DNA of 64,000 nucleotides from Neophaeotheca triangularis (lineage: Eukaryota), in assembly GCA_054600435.1 (NCBI GenBank), contig BAAIJX010000004.1, positions 186,001 through 250,000 of the forward strand, read 5' to 3'. The position numbers and the translations under genes were made by a program. The notes beneath the pieces are model-generated. The model searched no databases and was not told the DNA's origin. It saw nothing but the letters and a program-made list of their open reading frames with translations. Below, one piece after another: positions 56,632 to 64,000 of the stretch (position 1 is the stretch's first letter; every line of letters starts with the position of its first letter).

Positions 56632-57622
56632 CTGCGAGCTTTGGTAGATCTTCACACAAACGAATTGTCCTGTGGGTCTCTGGGACTTACTTGCCCCTAT
56701 ATGTATTCCGTGGTATTGTGATCGTACTTCCTACCCATTCAAAGCACATGCTATCGCAGATTTCAATCACTCCACGGGGTGATAGATCGTCCTCCCGCAG
56801 CGTGCCATTGACAATGATCGCCGTCTATCGATCGCTTCGATATCAACGTTCAAAGCGCGTGCACCCGAAGAACAAGGGCTATCTAAGCTCTAGCAAGCAG
56901 CGTAAGCAAGCAGTCGAGCGTCCAAAATCGCATATGTATATCTATATCCTGCCTCTCCCGTGAAGAGTCACAGCAAGGTGTTTCCTGTGCAACCATCATA
57001 CCCAAGGCACATTTTCTGTGTATGCCTCAGGGTCTTGCGGGCAGCCCTTGCTCGGTATATCCACTTAACAATCTTGCTATAATACTTTCAAGACCCCATA
57101 AAGCCCTCGAGTGCTATCAAAGTCGGGACTGTGTGCCTGGTTGGCCTAGGGAACGTTTGGTCACATGGAACAGCGGAGCTGCATAAACCCGTTTGTTCTT
57201 CGGCTAAAGCTTCAAAACTTACACCACAACATCCTCGAAACGTCAACGCATAACCGACCTTACACCAGGAATCTTCCTGATAGCTTTGCTTGGTAGGGAT
57301 ATTTGCAATAGCACCATTCTCCGAGGACCTTTGCGTGCTTGTTAGGACAGCCAACCGATCTCGAAGGCTTCTGACCGTCTCCTGACTGAAGGTGAGACAT
57401 TCCTCGACACCCCGTGGCTAACTTTGACGCTGACAATCTGCAGAGGGAAATCTTCACCAACTTCAACAACAGCAGGACATCATGTCGTCTTTTGAAAGAG
57501 ATCCACTGGAAGACGAAGCGTACCAGCTCTTTGGGGTAAGACATAGCGCGTCTCCGTGTCATGTTGCGCGCTGACTGTATTATCGTATAAAGGATCTTGA
57601 ATGGTGCAATCGCTCATTCGAT

Positions 57623-59137
57623 GTGGTCGATGCCACCATTCCGGGCGAGACCAAGGACTTGGAGACAGAAGCGTTCCTCTCAGCTGCCAAATATACGGGG
57701 GGAAAGCGTATGTACTCTTGTCACGCAGAAAGACCCATTAAAGAGTCGACTGACCCCGTTACAGAAACCCTTCCTTTCGGGTCTGCAGCCACGCAATCCA
57801 ACACAACTCCAGACACCCTCCACGTCCGACCACAGGAGACTATGCCACCTTCGTATTTGTTGTTAGGCGCGAACGGCCTGATCGACGAGGAACTATGGGA
57901 CAATCTTCGCAACCTCGATGACGAAGAGCCCGGCGTTCAGGGTACATCGTCGCAAGGGCTCAAAAGGAAGCGAAAAGATGATGAGTTCTTGGACGCCAGA
58001 CACCTGAAGGGCGCGGTGCAAGACTACGTGGAAGGTGATGCGGGCGCACAGTACACATTGATCGACACCAGCCAGAGCAGCAACAATAACTATTTCCCAA
58101 GCACGTTGTCCAGTTCAAACACCTCCAACATCAGGTGTCCTGATTTGAGACTCGCAACCACAACTTCAAGTGCAACCAGCACGTCCGCAATGAGCCATAA
58201 CGCCCCGCATCACGCCTCAACAACTGCCACAAACCGTGATTCGCACTCTACCGCACTGGCCGCCCCTACAAGCACCACGAATCAGTCAGCGCACCACCCT
58301 GCTGTTCCTACGCCCGTTTATACTGCAGGCCATCAAGCAGCATTCGCTCAAATGACCACGGGTCTTTGGGTACTTGTTCCGCCTTCAGCCCCCCGACGTG
58401 CTCTTGGTCAAGGGGGTTGGTTTACGGCTAGGGTGAACAACTCAGCTAGTGCAACTAGCGCGAATCAAACTGGTAGAGGAGCCCTCTATGGACAGTCCAT
58501 TCGTGGCCAGGTTCCAGGAGAGGTTTTCATTCCCCCTACCTGGACCATCAGTATGATGGAGCTGTGTCGCTTCCTGAAGCACAAACTTCTCTGCCCAGAG
58601 GCCTCAGAGCGCGCAGCGCGCAACGGATGGAAGACAATGGACATCGCTATGGCACAGGAGCTCGGGTTCGGCAATTATACCAAGGCGAATGTACTCAAGA
58701 CTTCTCAACCGTCAACGTACTCAGCAACAATTTGCAAAGGCTGCCAACCTTTTGGGCCGCATCACCGCGGGCTCTGCGTTCAACCTTAAGGCGCTTACTA
58801 CTCTGGGCCCACAGAATGACTTGACATCCTCCTCGTGGCGCCACCGTAAGAACGTCCTCCTTCCACGAGGCACGCCGCAAATCCCCCTGCAGCACATGAA
58901 GCTGTCAGACATCTACGCGAGTGTTCCACCAGCAGCTTGGCCAACGGGCACTGATCGTCTCCTGCTGACCCATACGAGTACGCCCAAAGCCAGCCACATC
59001 TAGACCTCGACACCTCCCACCTAGACTGGATCGTCCAGGTTCGCGGCTTTACGATACCACAGCTCCCTCCAAGCGGGAAGAACCGAGATGAGGACGACTT
59101 GGAGCAGTTCCGCAACAGCGCGCCCAAACCGACTTAA
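57623..59137 (+). pseudogene. Uncharacterised family member C with two frameshifts
   Basis: IPPTWTISMMELCRFLKH...RNGWKTMDIA, shift at ~58700 into NRQRTQQQF...WPTGTDRLLLT, shift at ~58972 into YEYAQSQPHLDLDT...KPT* (stop 59135-59137). Confidence 0.65.
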
Positions 59138-60318
59138 GGCTCCACGTTGCATGCGTCCGAACGTATCGGAGCCCTCTGAGGGGCGACTCTCAGGAATGAC
59201 TCGCTCTCTGATCTGGTTACTGCAGAGATTTTGCTAGCTCAAGGAATAAGATTATGACCTAGTCAGTGATTACGGTTTGGGGTCATGATCTGAAGCGATA
59301 TTCTTGCAATTTAAGATCTAGAGGCCAGTCGCCGAGAAAGGTGCTTCTTTTTCTCGCAGCTTGATACTCCAGGGTGGCGACGAAGGCGGTCTAGGCTTAT
59401 CATTCTTGTGGTAACATCGCTCCGTTTTCTGTTGATCCGTTTTCTGTTGCTTTTAGCGGTTAGGCTGTGGCCTCAGTGCGCCTTTGGGGGCTATTGATCC
59501 TTACTTGACGAGTCGACATCAGACCTGCTCTGTTGCAGCAATGAAACTGCTTTCTCATCCTTATACATAGCGTTAGTGGACTTTTCCAGAATCTTCGTTT
59601 GTCCCTCCAATAGCAAGTGTTTCGTCCTACACCCTATACATAGTATCCCAATGACAAGGAGCACAAAAGCTTAAGCAATCACACTTTCTGCTTTGAAATG
59701 GGCAGCCTATACATTGAACAATCTTTTGATTCTATATTTTTCGTGCGCGGCCTATGCAACGTATATAACACTCGTGCTATCGCCACTTCAAAAGCCCTCA
59801 CATCCTTATGTCTTGATAATAGCTCTACCTGACCAGTATACTCAAAGATCGTTCTCTATTGTGATCTATCTCAAGAACGCCTAGGTCCGAATCTACCCTC
59901 GATCTTTTTGGCGCAGGGTAAGCGTGACAGAGCTGCAGAGCTGCGAAGTTTTGGCCCGTCACGTGTGAAAGTGGAGCTGCATGACCCCTTTTTCCGCGCG
60001 TTGGTTGCGAATCCATACCACCGTCATCAAACCTAGCTCTCCCAACCAGGCCAACAACCTCAAGGCCGTGTTCAACAACCTCTCGTTATCTTCTAGTACC
60101 ATCCCTGAGCACTACTGTCAACGAAGACCTACGTTCTGTGGAGTCAGGTCAGGCTAGTCCGCACCCCTCGACGCGCTCGAGGAATCGAGAGCTAGGCACT
60201 TTCAAAGTGAAACCTCGCTTTCCATAACACAACCTCCACCTCCCATCTTTTCATTTGAAAACAAAGACATCGCTCTCAACGGCTACGCAACCAAGCGGCA
60301 GTTGGAACCTCCAAGGTA

Positions 60319-61971
60319 ATGACGAAGTCGAGTGTTTCTTCCTTGTCACCCCCTGACGTCCTGAATTCTAGTACAAGGATACTACTAACGTCCGCGGACG
60401 AACACGACGACGCGGCGTTCTTCGGCGACATTCAAGCGATGGACTGGGAGGGAGAGCAAGGTTCCTTCTTCGAAGAATCTGGCAGGCGCATGGAGGATAG
60501 TCTCGCTGTCGAGCAACGGAAGAAGAAGCAGAACGGAAACATTGGACACCAGCACGGGGAGGAGTATCTCATAGCCCAGCCCATGATGGAGGCCGCCTCC
60601 CCTGGAATCGATCACCCTGTTCAACGCAGCTTTTCCGGCTCGACCTCATATAACACAGCGCAACGGCCTGCAATTGCTTCATGGGTTGCGGCGCTCGAGG
60701 CTGTGCAGGCTTTGACTGCGCCCGCTACAACCCCAGCGCACCGACCTACAATTGCTTCGTGGGTTGCAGCGCTGGAAGCCGTACAAGCCATGACTCGGCC
60801 CGTTACCATTACAGCACCGGCACGACTGCCTACAACTGCTTCTTGGGTTTCAGCCCTCGAAGCTGTGCAGGCGATGACCCGACCCGCTGGCACCTCGAAT
60901 ATAACAGACTCCGACACACCCGCTTCGCTCCCTCTTGACTCGGATTCCGTCGTTGTGGACTCAGGCATTCCCCAGGCGATGAAAGACATGATGTCGGTGC
61001 TCCTCGTCGCCCCCACCAACAGCTCGAATCCCAACACTGTTCCTCAATCGACCCGACATTCGATCGAAACTTCGTCGTTTTGCTCAGAAGCTCCAACAGT
61101 CACGCCCGTGATGGTCACAAAATCTGCCCCTGAAAACGATGGTAGCCTTCCGATGTGGTCGAAAGCCGAGCCGCTTTCTGCTTCAGAGAAGCAGGCCGCC
61201 AGGGCTCTTCAAGTAGCTATCGCAAGCGGCGCCGACATTCGAAAAGCTTACGGTGCAGCAATGGCCGATGTCGTCTCCGCATTTGTCAAGATACCCGCCG
61301 GCGTGCACCTCACGGCCGAAGAGATCCTGATACATCTTCCAAACCACCTCCAGATCCCAGCCGTCGTAACCCGTCTACTCAATGGTGGCTGGCGTCGCAG
61401 TTCAATGGGCAAGAAGATTCTCTCCGCTCGCGGACTTCTCGTGGACGATACGGCTTTGCTCAACACCGAAAGCCGTCTCCAATCCCAATTCGAGACTGGG
61501 TGGAACACCTACTACGGTGTTTCCAACTACAGCAGTGCGAACGTCGAAGCTTTTAACGCTGCCATCCTGCCCACCGACACCACACCTGACGAATGGCACC
61601 TTCGCGAGGAGTATTCACTGGACTCCGCTAGAGTCGCAAAAGCGCATTGCAGGTTCCGCGATTGCTACCTCGTGGATCTCGCCGAGGGTGTCGCTCTCGC
61701 AGACTTTGCCCAGGGCGACCAGGCAGGCGTTCTTACGGAGTGCATCAAGGAGGCCTTGTTTTTCGACTCTGGGCTCAAGCTCTCCGATGTCCCTGCCATG
61801 ATCAGAGATTTGGGGCTCACCATGCCAGCGTACGACGCAAGCACAGTCAACCCGGATAGGGCGCCGGTAGCGGATGCTGTGTCAATCGCTCGCCCACCCA
61901 AGGCCCCTAAGCCAGCTCGTCTAGCCGGTCCGGGCAGCCTCAAGACGGGCAAGCACCGGGTCAAGAAATAG
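60319..61971 (+). CDS. Uncharacterised family member D (apparently intact), with a 3x internal peptide repeat
   Basis: 550-aa ORF; acidic/disordered N-half, full C-terminal domain ending GDQAGVLTECI...; start codon uncertain. Confidence 0.75.
   Translation: MTKSSVSSLSPPDVLNSSTRILLTSADEHDDAAFFGDIQAMDWEGEQGSFFEESGRRMEDSLAVEQRKKKQNGNIGHQHGEEYLIAQPMMEAASPGIDHPVQRSFSGSTSYNTAQRPAIASWVAALEAVQALTAPATTPAHRPTIASWVAALEAVQAMTRPVTITAPARLPTTASWVSALEAVQAMTRPAGTSNITDSDTPASLPLDSDSVVVDSGIPQAMKDMMSVLLVAPTNSSNPNTVPQSTRHSIETSSFCSEAPTVTPVMVTKSAPENDGSLPMWSKAEPLSASEKQAARALQVAIASGADIRKAYGAAMADVVSAFVKIPAGVHLTAEEILIHLPNHLQIPAVVTRLLNGGWRRSSMGKKILSARGLLVDDTALLNTESRLQSQFETGWNTYYGVSNYSSANVEAFNAAILPTDTTPDEWHLREEYSLDSARVAKAHCRFRDCYLVDLAEGVALADFAQGDQAGVLTECIKEALFFDSGLKLSDVPAMIRDLGLTMPAYDASTVNPDRAPVADAVSIARPPKAPKPARLAGPGSLKTGKHRVKK
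60664..60885 (+). repeat. Coding tandem repeat, 3 units (78 and 84 nt spacing), PxxASWVxALEAVQAxT
   Basis: Visible in both DNA and translation; units differ mostly at third codon positions. Confidence 0.9.
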
Positions 61972-63064
61972 AGTTGCGGAGCTGTACTAGTCGATTTCAA
62001 GTCCTAGTAACAGCGCGGATCGAGACAAAGAAAGTGTCAAAGGATTAGACTGGGCCTCCAAAGAGACGGACAAAGGCTTTCAACCTGGCTTCGCGGTCTG
62101 GCCGACGCCTAGCTTTGTCGAAGTCGGAAGGGCTTTGGTTCTCGGGAGGCGGACGATTGAATGATAGTGAACAATGCCCACGCACGCTGCCGCTTTTCAG
62201 ATCTTGGTATCCACATAAATTCCACTCCTAGTGCATTTGCAAGCCTCCATAGAGCTAGCCCCCTCGTAGGGCAGTTCCATTAGCACGTTGCGTAGCAAAC
62301 ACGTACTTACAACGTGCGCTTTCGCGTTTGTACTCTGTAGACCGTCCCTCTATGCAAAGATCGTATTGGCATGCGGGTGGTCTTTGCATGCAATCACCCC
62401 TTTTAGCCATTTGATTGATCCCGGGCCTTTAGAAAGGAATGAGTGGGCTTGCAAAAGCAAACGGGACGTTGCTTTGGACCGCGTGAGCGTATATAGTAGA
62501 GAACCGCCATCTTTTGAGCAAATACGTCCAGCACTGTAGATCCATCGTTTCGTGTTCGTCGATTACGCCCGCTCGTGATATATCATTCAATGGCAAATGG
62601 GAATTCGTGTCTATCCCAGTATACCGGGCGAATGACGCCCGTTAATTATAGCCCGTTTACCTCCATAATGTGACTTCCATCCGATAGATCTAGGGGTTGA
62701 GGCAATACCGAGCCTGCGTACTCAGGAGAACCATTGTCACGTGACTGAGCGAAGCTTCATGGATCTTTCACTCATGCAGCTCCCTCGAGCCCGTTTCACC
62801 AAGTCCGCAACACCATCTTTGAACATCGACGCCCTTCTTTTGGAACAATTCTTGCAACAATAACATCTTGGAGCGCTCTTTTCTGGAATAACAAGCCGGA
62901 TATACTTCGTCCATCGTACTTCCTCCTGCAAGTTCAACGCGTCCAGACACGCGAAGCTGCTAAGGTGAGCTCAACCGTAAGACCACACCCCTTGGACATT
63001 TCTGACTTCTTCAGAGCGGTAGTGAACTTCAGCCGCCACAGCACCTACAAGAAGAGTCGGAAGC

Positions 63065-64000
63065 ATGGCGTACCCCAACGACAACTCTTCCCAGGTAGGC
63101 ACCCCAGACAGTCACAATACCGCACCCGTGCGACCCGCGTTGACCTTTTGTTAGATTACTAGCGCGGTTCCTCGAAAGAGGAGCGCCTCTTCTGTGCCGA
63201 CGTCTTCGAGGTCCAGAAAAACCATAAAGTTGAACGTCGACAACAACGATCGTGAGTATCCAATACCTCTGAATCGTACGACTCCACGCAGGTGCTGACT
63301 TCACATCAACAGCTACTGGCCGGCAAGGCGGTCTCGGAGTTCAAGCAGCCACAGAGGAGCTCAGCATCGCCTCCACTTCGTTTTCTTCTTTGGCCGCTAT
63401 GCAAAACAGCTTCGTCCCCATATACGGACCAAGTCACCAGCTTCCACTCGGTCATGACTTCGAGCATGCCAGCGGTTATTCTCCAATTGATCAGGGCGCT
63501 TTCTTGAAAGACCAAGAGCTTGATAACTTCTTCGGCGCAATGAACCACAACTTTCAAGAACTTCAAGAGCAGAGCCACGCGCATGTGGGTGACGAGACCG
63601 AAGGCTCTTCGTACTTCCCCCAACACTCCCCCGCAATTGGTGCTGGCTTCGAATTCGGACTCCTCGAAAACCTTCCTGCCGGCGCAGGGATTCCCGATAC
63701 GGGAAGGGTCAGCGTGATGGGTCCACCAGCTCCTCCGGCGCCCGCTGCCAGGGTTGCAGTCTTCTTGCGCAAGACGCGTCAAAAGACCCAGCCAGCAGCA
63801 TCCGCCAGATCGACTGCGACTCAACCCGCGACGGTCAACCCAGTCGGAGTCGCGACCCCATCTCCGGCTAACAACGGCCATCTCGAACTTTGGGACATCA
63901 ACAAGCCCACCACGCGCACGGAGAAGCAAGCCGCAAAAGCTCGTGCAGGAGCCGTTGCCAATGGTAAAAACCCCAACGATGCCTACGGCGGGGTTACACA
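63065..64000 (+). CDS. Uncharacterised family member E, runs off the window (absent from the ORF track)
   Basis: Exons 63065-63094, 63155-63251, 63313->64000 splice in frame; ends NNGHLELWDINKPTTRTEKQAAKARAGAVANGKNPNDAYGG, aligning with NDGSLPMWSKAEPLSASEKQAARALQVAIASGADIRKAYGA of member D. Confidence 0.78.

Noticed and set aside
50700..64000. Starship or other large mobile element as the explanation for the accessory zone
   Set aside because: No tyrosine recombinase, transposase, reverse transcriptase or terminal repeats seen in the window.

Overview
Intron-containing genomic DNA from a filamentous ascomycete (probably a Dothideomycete; inferred from gene content and short GT-AG introns with CTRAC/CTAAY branch sites). 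Three zones. (1) 1-21.4 kb: after the 3' part of eEF3 comes an accessory metabolic zone. It holds a putative nitrogen-scavenging cluster (Dal81/TamA-like Zn2Cys6 regulator, a head-to-head pair of 5'-truncated pseudogenes for a 2OG-Fe(II) oxygenase and an NCS1 permease, and an intronless cysteine-hydrolase::amidase fusion resembling triuret/biuret hydrolase joined to allophanate hydrolase), an MRJP/yellow gene, and a GH79 + GH78 + decaying sugar-porter cluster. (2) 21.8-50.5 kb: conserved housekeeping genes (UPF2, SEC5, IDH2, KHE1-like, SDR, METTL16-like, MED21, ETF-alpha, RAD5/16-like SNF2, SWI3/RSC8). UPF2 shows candidate alternative splicing in its UPF1-binding tail. (3) 51-64 kb: a local array of at least five copies (intact, chimeric, frameshifted, fragmentary) of an unrecognised protein family that shares a roughly 200-aa C-terminal domain. 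Gene models were spliced by eye and no database searches were run.
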